Source: Burkholderiales bacterium
GTDB taxonomy: Bacteria > Pseudomonadota > Gammaproteobacteria > Burkholderiales > SG8-39
DNA length: 64,000 nucleotides
NCBI GenBank assembly: GCA_049802235.1
Contig: JBARMB010000096.1
Coordinates: 7,473-71,472, forward strand
Reading direction: 5' to 3'
Below are positions 10,571 to 20,607 of this stretch, piece by piece. Position 1 is the stretch's first letter, and every line of letters starts with the position of its first letter. The notes below the pieces were generated by a model that was not told the origin of the DNA, ran no database searches, and worked only from the letters and a program-made list of their open reading frames with translations. The translations under genes and the position numbers were made by a program.

Positions 10571-11620
10571 TCAACTCATCCGCGAACGGCCTGCGTCCTT
10601 GCGGGCGTCCGCCGGGGAAGATGCGGGACGGGCCCCGGCAGCCCTCGCCTCTTCCCGATCCAGGCCCAGCCGGCGCGCAAGCACGGGCCAGATGCCGTTC
10701 GGCAGGAACATGATCACCAGCAGCAGGCAGAGGCCGTAGAAGACCTGCTTGATCCCCGGAATGTCGAGACCGAAAACGCCCATCAGTTCGGTGATGCCGT
10801 CGGCGAGAACGGTAAGCACCGCGGCGCCGAGGATCGGCCCGAACAACGTGCCGATGCCGCCGATGATGGGCCCCAGGATGATCTCGATCGAACGGCTGAT
10901 GTTGAAGATCTGCTCGGGGAACAGGTTGTTGTAATAGAAGGCGAAGAACACGCCCGACACCGCGGTCATCGCCGAGCTGACCAGCACCGCGAGCATCTTG
11001 TAGCGGAAGGTATTGATGCCGAGCGCCTGTGCGGCCTCCTCGTCCTCGCGGATCGCCTGCCAGTAGTAGCCGGCGCGGTTGCGCAGCAGCCACGAACAGA
11101 ACGCAAGCGCGCCGGCGGCGAGCGCCAGCATGACGTAGTAGTACATCGCCGGCGGCCCGCGAAAATTCAGCAGGTCCATCTGCTCGCGCTGGGCGACTTT
11201 GAGAAACAGGCCACCCGCCCCGCCCAGCCAGTCGACATGGTCGAAACCGATACGGGTGAACTCGGCAAAGGCGATGGTCAGCAGCGCGAAGTACACACCC
11301 GAGATGCCGAAGCGAAAAGCGAGAAAGCCGATCGCCGCGCCGATCGCCATGCACACCATCATGGCCAGCCAGATCCCCGCCCACGGGCCGATGCCGTAGT
11401 GGACAAAAAGCGCGGCCGACGCGTACGCCCCCAGGCCGACGTACAGCGAATGACCGAGTGAGAGCTGCCCGGCGAAGCCCATCATCACGTTCCAGGCCTG
11501 TCCGGTAAACGCGAAGTACAGAATCAGCGTCGCCACCGACAGAACATAGTTGTTGGCGACAGCCGGAAGCGCGACGAGCGCGAGGAGCAGTACGGCGAGC
11601 AGTACGGCGCGCCGGTTCAT
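10571..11620 (-). CDS. livM: Branched-chain amino acid ABC transporter permease (LivM type)
   Basis: The conserved part of ORF 10571..12043 starts at MNRRAVLLAVLLLALVAL (ATG 11620). It is polytopic, and its start overlaps the livH stop. Confidence 0.8.
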   Translation of the reverse strand: MNRRAVLLAVLLLALVALPAVANNYVLSVATLILYFAFTGQAWNVMMGFAGQLSLGHSLYVGLGAYASAALFVHYGIGPWAGIWLAMMVCMAIGAAIGFLAFRFGISGVYFALLTIAFAEFTRIGFDHVDWLGGAGGLFLKVAQREQMDLLNFRGPPAMYYYVMLALAAGALAFCSWLLRNRAGYYWQAIREDEEAAQALGINTFRYKMLAVLVSSAMTAVSGVFFAFYYNNLFPEQIFNISRSIEIILGPIIGGIGTLFGPILGAAVLTVLADGITELMGVFGLDIPGIKQVFYGLCLLLVIMFLPNGIWPVLARRLGLDREEARAAGARPASSPADARKDAGRSRMS

Positions 11621-12486
11621 CTCTTCCTGCCGAGCAGGCCATGCGGGCGGAACAGCAGCACCAGGATGAGGAGCGCGAAGCTGAACATGCTTTTTGCCGA
11701 GGGCGCGAAGAACAGCCCTCCCAATGCTTCCGAAACGCCGATCAGCACGCCCCCGAGCAGCGCGCCCGCCATCGAACCGAGGCCGCCCACGATCACGATC
11801 ACGAAAGCGAGCAGGGTGTACCCTGGTCCGAGCACCGGCGTCACGTCCACGAGCAGGATCATCATGCAGCCGGCCACGGCGACGCAGGCCGAGCCCAGGC
11901 CGAACGTAAACGCGTAGAGGTGCTTCACATCGAGGCCGACCACTTTCGCGCCGAGATAGTTGTCCGCGCAAGCGCGGATCGCCGTGCCGGTGCGCGAGAA
12001 ACGAAAAAACGCGAAAAGCGCGGCGCTGCCGGCCACGGCACACCCGGCTGCGTAGAGACGCGCTTTGTCAAACAGGATCGGGCCGATGGCGAAGGATTCG
12101 AGCTGGTAGTCCACCTGCACGTTGCGCGCGTCGGGCCCGAAGATCATCAGCAGCGCGTTCACGAATATGATGGCGACCGCCAGCAGGAGCATGAACTGCG
12201 TATGCTCCGGCCGCGTGATGAAGCGGTTGATGAGGCCGGCCTGCAACGCGTATCCGAAGACGAAGAAGGCGACCGCCACCGGCACGACGGCGAGGAACGG
12301 ATCGAGCTTGAGCGCGGCGAAGAGCACGACCGTCGCATACATGGCGATGGTCATCATTTCGCCGTGCGCAAAGTTGACCACGCGCACCACGCCGAAAATC
12401 ACCGACAGCCCGAGCGCCATCAGGCCGTACACCAGTCCGGTGAGGACGCCGGCTATGACGACGTTGACGACGAGATCGAGCGGCAT
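11617..12486 (-). CDS. livH: Branched-chain amino acid ABC transporter permease (LivH type)
   Basis: The internal start MPLDLVVNVVIAGVLTGLVYGLMALGLSVIFG (ATG 12486) is the canonical LivH N-terminus. Confidence 0.8.
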   Translation of the reverse strand: MPLDLVVNVVIAGVLTGLVYGLMALGLSVIFGVVRVVNFAHGEMMTIAMYATVVLFAALKLDPFLAVVPVAVAFFVFGYALQAGLINRFITRPEHTQFMLLLAVAIIFVNALLMIFGPDARNVQVDYQLESFAIGPILFDKARLYAAGCAVAGSAALFAFFRFSRTGTAIRACADNYLGAKVVGLDVKHLYAFTFGLGSACVAVAGCMMILLVDVTPVLGPGYTLLAFVIVIVGGLGSMAGALLGGVLIGVSEALGGLFFAPSAKSMFSFALLILVLLFRPHGLLGRKR

Positions 12487-12535
12487 AATAAAAGGGGCCG
12501 GCTGTGCCGGCCCCTTTTCCTGGACAACCGGAGGC

Positions 12536-13777
12536 TTACGCCTTGTAGCCGGGCACCGGGAATACCGGCCTTGCCTCGGCGGCATTCGCAGGCAGAACCA
12601 CGGTCGGCTTCAGATTCAGGTTCTGTATGCAAGCCGACAGAATGCCCTCGACCTGTCCCTTGGAGTTGAATCTGATCGGTCCGCCCAGAATCATGCGGCT
12701 CGTGATGTCGGTCTGACGGATCGCATCGGCAAGGGTTTTCGGGTCGGTCGAGCGGGCGCGCTTGTAGGAGTCGGCGGCGATCAGGATCGCCTCGAAGGTG
12801 CAGCCGACGTTGAGCGCGTGGAACATCATCTGATCCTTCGGGAACTGCTTCCTGAATGCCGTCTCGACGGTCCTGGTGAGGGCCGCCTTGGGGTTGTACC
12901 AGGGCACGTTGGAAATGCAGTAATCCGAAAGCTTGCCGAGCGATTTGTAGAATTGCTCCTCGTACATGCCGGGCGAGCCCGGGCTGATGACCGCCATCGG
13001 GTTCCAGCGCTGCTTCACCATCTCGCGGCGCAGGATGACGGCATCGTTCAGGCGGCTCACCAGCAGCAGGAAGTCGGCGTTGGCCGCCTTGGCCTTGGAC
13101 ACCTCGATGGTGAGGTCCTTCGCCGCCGGATCGTAGGAAACGGTCTCGACGATCTTGAACGGCAGCTGGGTGAGCCCGGGCAGCATGGCGCTGATTCCCC
13201 TGTTCATCGCCTGCCCGAAAGTATCGTTGACGTGCATGAACACGGCGGTCCGCGGCGCGGTGTGGGTGGCCTGGAACAGGTCGCCGATCAGCGACAGGCC
13301 ATTGCGCGTCAGGTCGATCGCGGTCGGGAAATTGCGGAACACGAACTTGTAGCCCTGCTCGGTGATCTGCGGCGCGGCGGCAACGTTGATCACGAACGGC
13401 ACGCCGCGCTGCTCGGCCACCTGGGCGATCGCCGCCGTTTGACCCGAGTCGAACGCCCCCACCAGCACGTTGGCGCCTTCCTGGATCAGGCGCTCGGCGC
13501 GAGTGCGGGCGACGTCGGTATTGCTCTCGGTGTCGGCGTTCATGAGCTCGATGTCCACTCCCAGCATCCCTTTGAGGATCCCCGGGGCGATATCGGCGCC
13601 TTTCTGGCAGGACTGGCCGATCTGGGCCTGCACCCCGGAGCGCGGCAGCAGCACTCCGACCTTGAGCTTCGCCCCCTGCGCTCGTGCGATGCCGAAAGGG
13701 GAAAGTGCGGCGAGCGCGCCTCCTGCGGCGAGGGCGGTGTTGAATTGACGGCGGTTCACGTTTTTTCGGTTTGTCAT
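12536..13777 (-). CDS. ABC transporter substrate-binding protein, LivK/amide-urea type periplasmic binding fold
   Basis: 413 aa with a twin-arginine-like signal (NRRQFNTALAAGGALAAL). It is the first gene of the liv-like operon. Confidence 0.8.
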   Translation of the reverse strand: MTNRKNVNRRQFNTALAAGGALAALSPFGIARAQGAKLKVGVLLPRSGVQAQIGQSCQKGADIAPGILKGMLGVDIELMNADTESNTDVARTRAERLIQEGANVLVGAFDSGQTAAIAQVAEQRGVPFVINVAAAPQITEQGYKFVFRNFPTAIDLTRNGLSLIGDLFQATHTAPRTAVFMHVNDTFGQAMNRGISAMLPGLTQLPFKIVETVSYDPAAKDLTIEVSKAKAANADFLLLVSRLNDAVILRREMVKQRWNPMAVISPGSPGMYEEQFYKSLGKLSDYCISNVPWYNPKAALTRTVETAFRKQFPKDQMMFHALNVGCTFEAILIAADSYKRARSTDPKTLADAIRQTDITSRMILGGPIRFNSKGQVEGILSACIQNLNLKPTVVLPANAAEARPVFPVPGYKA

Positions 13778-14104
13778 GGTTCCTCCTTTTTTGGCGCAGC
13801 GTCAAGCCTGGCGCAGGAACTTCACCAACGGCCAACTTTCCGGATTGCCGGTCGATGAAATCAACTCTTTCAATTCAGTCTATATTAAATATTTTCCGCA
13901 ATCAATTCCGGCTCTTGTCTTCTGCCCGGATTGCTGCGGGTTCAGGGCGGCGCGGTAATGCATCGACCGCGCAGTGCTCTGCCGGCTGCATCGGACGGAC
14001 CGACCGGCCCCGACCCTTGCGCCCGCATCGCAACCAGTTCGGCTAGACTTCCCCCTCGTGGCGGACAGGACAACGGGTCGCCGAAAAATCCGAAGGGGCC
14101 GAAC

Positions 14105-15610
14105 ATGAATATCGCAGAGCACGTCGAGCGCGCGGCACGGCGCCATCCCGATCATCCGGCCCTCGTCTTCGAAGGCAAGCGGGTCAGCTACCGCGTGCTC
14201 AACCGCTGCGCCAATGCGCTGGCGAACTCGCTCAAGCGGCACGGCGTACGGCGTGGTGATCGCGTCGCGCTTTATCTGCCCAATATCCCGGCGTTCGCGC
14301 TCGCCTATCTGGCAGCGCAGAAAATCGGCGCCATCGCGGTATCGATCAACGCCATTTTCAAATGGGAAGAAGTGCGTTACATCGTCAACGACTCCCGCCC
14401 AAAGGTCGTGTTCACCACGGCTGAGTTGCTGCCCAACCTGCCGCGCCCGGAATGTCCGTCGATCGAGCATACGGTGCTGTGCGAAGGATCGGAACCCGAC
14501 GAGATTCCGCTCGACGACTGGCTCGCCGCGGATGCGCCCGGATTCAAGGCCGAGACCATGCAGCCGGAGGACCCCGCCGCCCTGCTCTATTCTTCGGGAA
14601 CCACCGGCGTCCCCAAAGGCGTCACGCTTACCCATCGCAATATCCAGTCGAACGTCCGCGCCACGGCACGGTGCGCCGGCTTCAAGCGCGCGGACCGGCT
14701 GGCGTGCTTCCTGCCGCTGTTCCACGTGTTCGCGCAGAACTTCATCATGAACGGCTGCTTCGAGGTCGGGGCGACGCTGGTGCTGTGGCGCCGCTTCGTG
14801 CCGGACGAGGTGATCGATGGCATCCGGCGCGAACGCGTCAGCATGTTCTTCGCCGTGCCGACAATCTACATCTCGCTGCTGAACGCCGGCGTGCCGAAGG
14901 AAAAGTTCGCCTCGATCCGCTACTACTTCTCCGCCGCCGCGACCATGCCCGAGGAAATCTCGCGGCGCTGGGCCGACGCCTTCGGCCGGCGCGTCTACGA
15001 GGGCTACGGCCTCACCGAGTGCGCGCCGTGCGCCGCCTACAATCACGTCTCGAAGCACAAGTTCGGCAGCGTCGGCACCGCGATCGAGGATTTCGAGGTG
15101 AAGATCTTCGATGCGAACGACAAGGAAGTTGCGCGCGGCCAGTGGGGCGAAATCGTGATCCGCGGTCCCGGCGTGATGAAGGGGTACTGGAACAAGCCCA
15201 CTGACACGGAGGTCGCGCTGCGCGGCGGCTGGCTGCATTCCGGCGACATCGGCCGCATGGATGAAGAGGGCTACGTCTACATCGTCGACCGCGTGAAAGA
15301 CATGGTCAACGTGTCCGGCTTCAAGGTCTGGCCGGCGGAGGTCGAGAACGTGCTCTACCGGCATCCCGCGGTGAAGGAAACCGCCGTGTACGGTGCGCCG
15401 GACCCGCTGAAGGGCGAACAGGTGCGCGCCGCGGTGGTGTTGAAGGAGGGGAAGCACGCGAGCCCGGAAGAACTCATCGTGCATTGTCGCGATTACCTTG
15501 CCGTCTACAAGGCACCGCAGCGGATCGACATCGTCGGGGAATTGCCCAAGAGCGCCACCGGCAAGATCCTCAAGCGCGTGCTGCGCGACGCCGCCGCCAA
15601 AGCGGCGTGA
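14105..15610 (+). CDS. AMP-dependent acyl-CoA synthetase/ligase
   Basis: The start MNIAEHVERAARRHPDHPALVF (ATG 14105) lies inside the longer track ORF. The AMP-binding motif is LLYSSGTTGVPKGV, and the C-terminus has GWLHSGDIG and GKILKRVLR. Confidence 0.85.
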   Translation: MNIAEHVERAARRHPDHPALVFEGKRVSYRVLNRCANALANSLKRHGVRRGDRVALYLPNIPAFALAYLAAQKIGAIAVSINAIFKWEEVRYIVNDSRPKVVFTTAELLPNLPRPECPSIEHTVLCEGSEPDEIPLDDWLAADAPGFKAETMQPEDPAALLYSSGTTGVPKGVTLTHRNIQSNVRATARCAGFKRADRLACFLPLFHVFAQNFIMNGCFEVGATLVLWRRFVPDEVIDGIRRERVSMFFAVPTIYISLLNAGVPKEKFASIRYYFSAAATMPEEISRRWADAFGRRVYEGYGLTECAPCAAYNHVSKHKFGSVGTAIEDFEVKIFDANDKEVARGQWGEIVIRGPGVMKGYWNKPTDTEVALRGGWLHSGDIGRMDEEGYVYIVDRVKDMVNVSGFKVWPAEVENVLYRHPAVKETAVYGAPDPLKGEQVRAAVVLKEGKHASPEELIVHCRDYLAVYKAPQRIDIVGELPKSATGKILKRVLRDAAAKAA

Positions 15611-15715
15611 AATTCGAAATCGTCACCGACCCGTGGTTCCGGGCCGCCGCCATCCCCGGCGTCCTGATGCGCGGAATTTCCACGGGCGGAATCGGCGGGG
15701 CACCGCAGAAAACAA

Positions 15716-15997
15716 TCAGCGCCTGCCCGGACCGGGGCGGTCGCGGTAGATCTCGCGGCCGTGGTCGTGAACGTCGCGCCGCAACTGTTGCCGCTCCTCC
15801 GGCGTCATGCGACCATCGCGCGGCGCTTCGCGGTTCTGCCGGTTCGCTTCGCGCGCCGGCGCCTGATGCTGCGCCGGCATCGGCCCCACCGGGGCGGCGC
15901 GGCCGACCCTACGGTCGCCCTGGACCTGCTGCGCCGTTACAGGCAGCGAGGCCATGAGAACGAGAAAAGCGCTCATCAATGCAATCCGGTGCTTCAC
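15716..15997 (-). CDS. Small secreted protein of unknown function
   Basis: 93 aa. GTG start with a GAGGAG RBS, then the signal peptide KHRIALMSAFLVLMASLPVTAQQ, then a charged Arg/Pro-rich mature part (MTPEERQQLRRDV). No family was recognised. Confidence 0.5.
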   Translation of the reverse strand: MKHRIALMSAFLVLMASLPVTAQQVQGDRRVGRAAPVGPMPAQHQAPAREANRQNREAPRDGRMTPEERQQLRRDVHDHGREIYRDRPGPGRR

Positions 15998-16308
15998 ACC
16001 CTGCTCCTCGCGGGTGCCATACCCGCAAAATCAACGGCACCGCGCGACGACGCGTGTATTTGCAATCCGGCCGTTTCGTTTCGCTTCCATTCTAACTCCC
16101 ATCGAGCCCTCGCGAGTCATCCGAGCCGCGCGTCCGCTTGAATCAACAGTGGGCGGATCCGATGGTGAACGCAGGTTAAACGGGGTTTGTAATCCATTTA
16201 CGACCGCCGGCCCGCCGTTTGTAACAGGTTGTTTCCGGACACCCGATGGCAACCCGCCGTTACGCTTGCGCTGCAACGATGCCGGTGCTCAAGGTAGGAT
16301 AGGCGTCG

Positions 16309-17040
16309 ATGGCTGAATCCAAGACAAAAATCCTGGTGGTCGACGACGACCTGCGCCTGCGCGACCTGCTGCAGCGCTATCTCACCGAGCAAGGCTTCGC
16401 CGTGCACACCGTTTCGGACGCTTCCGGCATGGACAAGCTGCTCGCGCGCGAGCGCTTCGACCTGCTGGTGCTCGACCTGATGCTGCCGGGCGAAGACGGA
16501 CTGTCGATCTGCCGCCGCCTGCGCGGCACGAAAGATACGATCCCGATCATCATGCTCACGGCCAAAGGCGAGGACGTGGACCGCATCGTCGGCCTGGAGA
16601 TGGGCGCCGACGACTATCTGCCCAAGCCGTTCAATCCGCGGGAGCTGGTCGCGCGCATCAATGCGGTGCTGCGCCGGCGCGCCGCACCGCGGCCCCCGGG
16701 GGCGCCCTCGTCGGAGCCCGAAAGTGTGAGCTTCGGCAGCATGACGATCAACCTCGCCACGCGCACGCTCGAGCACGACGGCCAGTCGCTCTCGCTCACC
16801 ACCGGCGAATTCGCGCTGCTCAAGGTGCTGGTGACCCATCCGAGAACGCCCTTGTCGCGCGACAAACTGATGGAGCTGGCGCGCGGCCGCGAGTACGAAG
16901 TGTTCGACCGCTCCATCGACGTGCAGGTCTCGCGGCTGCGCAAGCTGGTCGAAAAGGACCCCGCGCATCCCGCCTTCATCCAGACCGTCTGGGGCTTCGG
17001 CTACGTGTTCGTGCCCGATGGAAATGCAGGCGAATCGTAA
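16309..17040 (+). CDS. ompR: OmpR-family response regulator
   Basis: 243 aa with a receiver domain (KILVVDDDLRLRDLL, DLLVLDLMLPGEDG) and a winged-helix C-terminus (IQTVWGFGYVF). Confidence 0.85.
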   Translation: MAESKTKILVVDDDLRLRDLLQRYLTEQGFAVHTVSDASGMDKLLARERFDLLVLDLMLPGEDGLSICRRLRGTKDTIPIIMLTAKGEDVDRIVGLEMGADDYLPKPFNPRELVARINAVLRRRAAPRPPGAPSSEPESVSFGSMTINLATRTLEHDGQSLSLTTGEFALLKVLVTHPRTPLSRDKLMELARGREYEVFDRSIDVQVSRLRKLVEKDPAHPAFIQTVWGFGYVFVPDGNAGES

Positions 17041-17146
17041 ATCGTGAATCGTAAATGGTGAAATCCAGGCTGCCGGCATGCTCCGGCCTTCACGATTCCC
17101 GGTTTCCGATTCACGAATCACTATTTCCCATTCACTATTCGCCCCG
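17029..17146 (+). repeat. Intra-operon word-array palindrome P1 (inverted blocks of period-7 words)
   Basis: CGAATCG TAAATCG TGAATCG TAAATGG TGAAATC, then a spacer, then TTCACGA TTCCCGG TTTCCGA TTCACGA ATCACTA TTTCCCA TTCACTA. It fills the ompR-envZ spacer. Confidence 0.7.
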
Positions 17147-18460
17147 ATGAAACTCTGGCCGCGCTCGCTGCTCTGGCGCACTTTCGTCCTGCTCGCCCTG
17201 CTGGTGCTCGCCACCACGTACGCCTGGTTCGAGATTTTCCGCGCCTATGAGATCGAGCCGCGCGCGCGGCAGATCTCGCAGAACCTCGTCAGCGTCGTCA
17301 ACCTCACCCGCACCGCGCTGATCACTTCGCAGCCCGACAAGCGCCGCGAGCTGCTGCTCGAGCTCTCGGTGCGCGAGGGCATCCAGGTCTATCCTGCCGA
17401 GGCGGGCGAGCGCATCGTGCCCCCGCCCAACCGGCCGCTGGTGCGCCTGGTAAGCGAGGCCGTGCGCCGGCAGCTCGGGGAGAACACCCGTTTTGCGGTC
17501 GAGCGCGAAGGCAGGGCCGGGTTCTGGGTCACTTTCCACATCGACGACGACGAGTACTGGGTGCGCGTGCCGCGCGAGCGCATCGAGCGTCAGATCGCGC
17601 AGCGATGGCTGGGTTGGGGCGCGCTTGCCCTCGCGCTGTCGCTGCTCGCGGCCTACCTCATCGTCTCCCGCGTCAACCGGCCGCTCAAGGCGCTCGCTTC
17701 GGCCGCGAGCGTGATCGGCAAGGGAAAAATGCCGGAGCCGATTCCCGAGACCGGACCCGATGAGATCCGCACGCTGTCGCGCGCCTTCAACCAGATGTCG
17801 CAGGACCTGGCGCGGCTCGATGCCGACCGCGCGCTGATCCTCGCCGGCGTTTCGCACGATTTGCGCACGCCGCTGTCGAGATTGCGGTTGGGCATCGAGA
17901 TGAGCGGCGGCGATGCCCCGCTCAGGCAGGGCATGACCGCCGACATCGAGGAGATGGACCGCATCATCAACCAGTTTCTCGACTTTGCCCGCGCCGACGG
18001 CGGCGAGGCACCCCGTCCCGCCCGACTCGACATGATCGCCGGCGAAGTGGCCGAGCATTACCGCCGCCGCGGCATGAGCGTCGCGACCGATCTCCAGGGC
18101 GTGCCCGAGTTGCCGCTGCGAACCATGGCGATGCGGCGCGTGGTGCTGAATCTCATCGACAATGCATTGCGTTACGGTGAGAAAGACGTGAGCGTGGCGA
18201 CGCGCACCGAACCCGGCGCGGCGGTGCTGGAAGTGATGGACCGCGGCCCCGGCATCCCCGCCAGGGAGGTCGAGCGCCTGAAGCAGCCGTTCACGCGCCT
18301 CGAAGTCGCCCGCAGCGACAAGGGCGGCGCCGGGCTCGGCCTCGCCATCGTCGAGCGCGTGGTGCGCGCCCACGGCGGCAGCTTCCAGCTGCTGGCGCGC
18401 GATGGCGGCGGATTGATCGCCAGGGTGCGCCTGCCGCTTGCGGGAGGAACGGGCGCGTGA
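17147..18460 (+). CDS. envZ: EnvZ-like sensor histidine kinase
   Basis: Starts MKLWPRSLLWRTFVLLALLVL (ATG 17147). It has two TM segments, HAMP, the H-box LAGVSHDLRTPLSRL, and the N and G boxes (NLIDNALRYG, GGAGLGLAIV). Confidence 0.85.
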   Translation: MKLWPRSLLWRTFVLLALLVLATTYAWFEIFRAYEIEPRARQISQNLVSVVNLTRTALITSQPDKRRELLLELSVREGIQVYPAEAGERIVPPPNRPLVRLVSEAVRRQLGENTRFAVEREGRAGFWVTFHIDDDEYWVRVPRERIERQIAQRWLGWGALALALSLLAAYLIVSRVNRPLKALASAASVIGKGKMPEPIPETGPDEIRTLSRAFNQMSQDLARLDADRALILAGVSHDLRTPLSRLRLGIEMSGGDAPLRQGMTADIEEMDRIINQFLDFARADGGEAPRPARLDMIAGEVAEHYRRRGMSVATDLQGVPELPLRTMAMRRVVLNLIDNALRYGEKDVSVATRTEPGAAVLEVMDRGPGIPAREVERLKQPFTRLEVARSDKGGAGLGLAIVERVVRAHGGSFQLLARDGGGLIARVRLPLAGGTGA

Positions 18461-18663
18461 ATGCGATTCTCGCTTCCACTCTCACCTGCCCGCGCTGCGG
18501 CTTCGCGAAAGAGGAGATCATGCCTGCCGACGCGTGCCAGTTCTTCTACGAATGCACGTCCTGCGGCGCGCTGCTCAAGCCGAAGCCCGGCGATTGCTGC
18601 GTGTTCTGCTCCTACGGCTCGGTGAAATGCCCGCCGCGGCAGTCGCAGTCGGACTGCTGCTAG
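18457..18663 (+). CDS. Small Cys-rich zinc-ribbon-like protein with a GDCCVFC motif (GDCCVxC-domain family as I recall it)
   Basis: 68 aa with CPRCG...FYECTSCGALLKPKPGDCCVFCSYGSVKCPP. The GTG start makes a GTGA overlap with the envZ stop. Confidence 0.6.
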   Translation: MNAILASTLTCPRCGFAKEEIMPADACQFFYECTSCGALLKPKPGDCCVFCSYGSVKCPPRQSQSDCC

Positions 18664-19169
18664 ACTCCCCAGGATTTCAGGACTTCGTATCGGCTGCCGC
18701 GCGGCAACGCTTCCGAGCGCACCAGCGCGAAGCTGTCCGGCTTCCATTCGATCGGCGGCAGCGCAGGCATCGCCCGAGGTTCGCTGGCGTCCCGTAAGAG
18801 AGTCACGTGCGACACGAACGCCTTGGGGTCGAAGGCGACGCGCGCATTCGCGAGCGCAGCTCGAAGATCGGCGACCAGCGCTTCGAGTTCCGGCGGGACA
18901 ACCGAAGCACCGGCCCAGGCAATGCGGTTGCGCTTCCAGTAGCCCGGCTGGTCGAGAATCAAGGAGAAAGCGCGCGGCGCGACCGCATCGGCCGCGCGCT
19001 CGACTTCAGCAACGCGCGCGTCATCGACATTGCCGAGGAATGCGAGCGTGATGTGAACGTTCTCCGGGCGCCCCTGCCTGCCGCCGCAGGCCGCGTGAAG
19101 CTCGCGCGCCCAACGGGCGAGTTGTGCGCGCACGCGCTCCTCCGGCCAGAGCGCGAAGAACAGCCTCAC
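18660..19169 (-). CDS. thpR: RNA 2',3'-cyclic phosphodiesterase (2H family, ThpR/LigT)
   Basis: 169 aa with two HxT motifs (HITLAFLG and HVTLLR). GTG start. Confidence 0.8.
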   Translation of the reverse strand: MRLFFALWPEERVRAQLARWARELHAACGGRQGRPENVHITLAFLGNVDDARVAEVERAADAVAPRAFSLILDQPGYWKRNRIAWAGASVVPPELEALVADLRAALANARVAFDPKAFVSHVTLLRDASEPRAMPALPPIEWKPDSFALVRSEALPRGSRYEVLKSWGV

Positions 19170-19223
19170 GGGTTTGTGACTCGGGGTGACTCCCGAGAAT
19201 CGCGCAAATCATTGACAAATTTC

Positions 19224-19327
19224 CGTCGTCCCCGCGGGGGCCTGTCCCCGAATGCTCCTATCGGGGACGGGGACCCAGTGACTTTCAGGCAACGACACTG
19301 GATTCCCGCTTGCGCGGGAATGACGGC
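19224..19327. repeat. Composite REP-like element, copy A
   Basis: CGTCGTCCCCGCGGGGG...GTCCCCGAATGCTCCTATCGGGGACGGGGACCCAGTGAC...CACTGGATTCCCGCTTGCGCGGGAATGACGG. It has the same two-palindrome composite as 20708-20785. Confidence 0.8.
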
Positions 19328-19378
19328 GCAACTAATCCTGCTATTACTCAACTCCGCAACCACAGACAGGCGCCAAAA

Positions 19379-19855
19379 TCAGGCGCCGGCGGCGAGCAGT
19401 GCGATCGCCTCGGCGGCGATGCCCTCGCCGCGGCCGATCGCGCCGAGCCGCTCGGCGGTCTTCGCCTTGACGTTCACCTGGCCGGGAGCGACTTCGAGAT
19501 CGGCGGCGAGATTCGCGACCATCGCCGGGATGTGCGGCGCCATCTTCGGCGCCTGGGCGATGATGGTGGCGTCGACGTTGGCGATGGCGAAGCCCGCCTG
19601 CCGCACCTTCCTGCCGACCTCGCGCAGCAGCGTGCGGCTGTCGGCATCCTTGTATTTCGGATCGTCGTCGGGGAAGTGCCGGCCGATATCGCCGAGCGCC
19701 GCGGCCCCGAGCAGCGCATCGCACACCGCGTGAATCAGCACGTCGGCGTCCGAGTGGCCCTCGAGCCCTTTCTCGAACGCGATCTTCACCCCGCCGATGA
19801 TCAGCTTGCGTCCGGCGACGAGCGCGTGCACGTCGAAACCCTGTCCGATTCTCAT
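19379..19855 (-). CDS. ispF: 2-C-methyl-D-erythritol 2,4-cyclodiphosphate synthase
   Basis: Starts [12 protein letters not shown] (ATG 19855) and contains [18 protein letters not shown]. It is 159 aa and overlaps ispD by 4 nt. Confidence 0.9.
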   Translation of the reverse strand: MRIGQGFDVHALVAGRKLIIGGVKIAFEKGLEGHSDADVLIHAVCDALLGAAALGDIGRHFPDDDPKYKDADSRTLLREVGRKVRQAGFAIANVDATIIAQAPKMAPHIPAMVANLAADLEVAPGQVNVKAKTAERLGAIGRGEGIAAEAIALLAAGA

Positions 19856-20556
19856 GTCGCCGCCTCCTTCAGGATGCGTTCCGCCATCTCGAGGTCCGAG
19901 GCAAAGGTGACCTTCAGGTTCTTCGTACTGCCTTCGATGAGCCGCGGTTTGTAGCCGAGCGCTTCCACCGCCGCCGCCTCGTCGGTGACGTGCGTCGCGC
20001 CGCGCTGCGCGGCGCGCAGCGCACGCAGCAGCATACCCTGACGGAACATCTGCGGCGTCTGCGCCTGCCACAGGCCGTCGCGCGGCTCGGTGGCGACGAT
20101 GCGGCGCTCGCCGTCGGCGCGCTTCAAGGTATCGGCGACCGGCACGGCGAGGATGCCGCCGACTTCATCCTTGCTCACCTCGTCGATGAGGCGGCGCAGC
20201 TCGGCTTTTCCCAGGCACGGCCGCGCGGCGTCGTGCACCAGCATCCAGTCGTCCGGATCGACGAGGCTCGCCGCCGCGATGAGCCCGTTCAGCACGCTGT
20301 CGCGGCGGCTCTCGCCGCCGCAGTACAGCGGAGCGAGCCGCTCGCCGAACGCGCTCCAGTCATGCTGGCGAAATTCCGTGTCCCCTGGCGCGAGCACCAC
20401 GAACACGATTTCCATCTCCGGCGCAGCAAGCAGGCGTTGCACCGCATGGTAGAGCATCGGTTTTCCCGCGAGCAGCGAGTACTGCTTTGGCCCGGCGACC
20501 CCGAAGCGGGAACCGGAGCCGGCGGCCGGGACCAGACCGAAGTATCGGGAAGTCAC
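19852..20556 (-). CDS. ispD: 2-C-methyl-D-erythritol 4-phosphate cytidylyltransferase
   Basis: 234 aa. It begins [14 protein letters not shown], the IspD P-loop-like motif, and sits directly upstream of ispF. Confidence 0.9.
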   Translation of the reverse strand: MTSRYFGLVPAAGSGSRFGVAGPKQYSLLAGKPMLYHAVQRLLAAPEMEIVFVVLAPGDTEFRQHDWSAFGERLAPLYCGGESRRDSVLNGLIAAASLVDPDDWMLVHDAARPCLGKAELRRLIDEVSKDEVGGILAVPVADTLKRADGERRIVATEPRDGLWQAQTPQMFRQGMLLRALRAAQRGATHVTDEAAAVEALGYKPRLIEGSTKNLKVTFASDLEMAERILKEAAT

Positions 20557-20607
20557 TGAAATCGGGCGGGATTCGAGTAAATGGTCACGATATAATTATA
20601 ACTGGGT

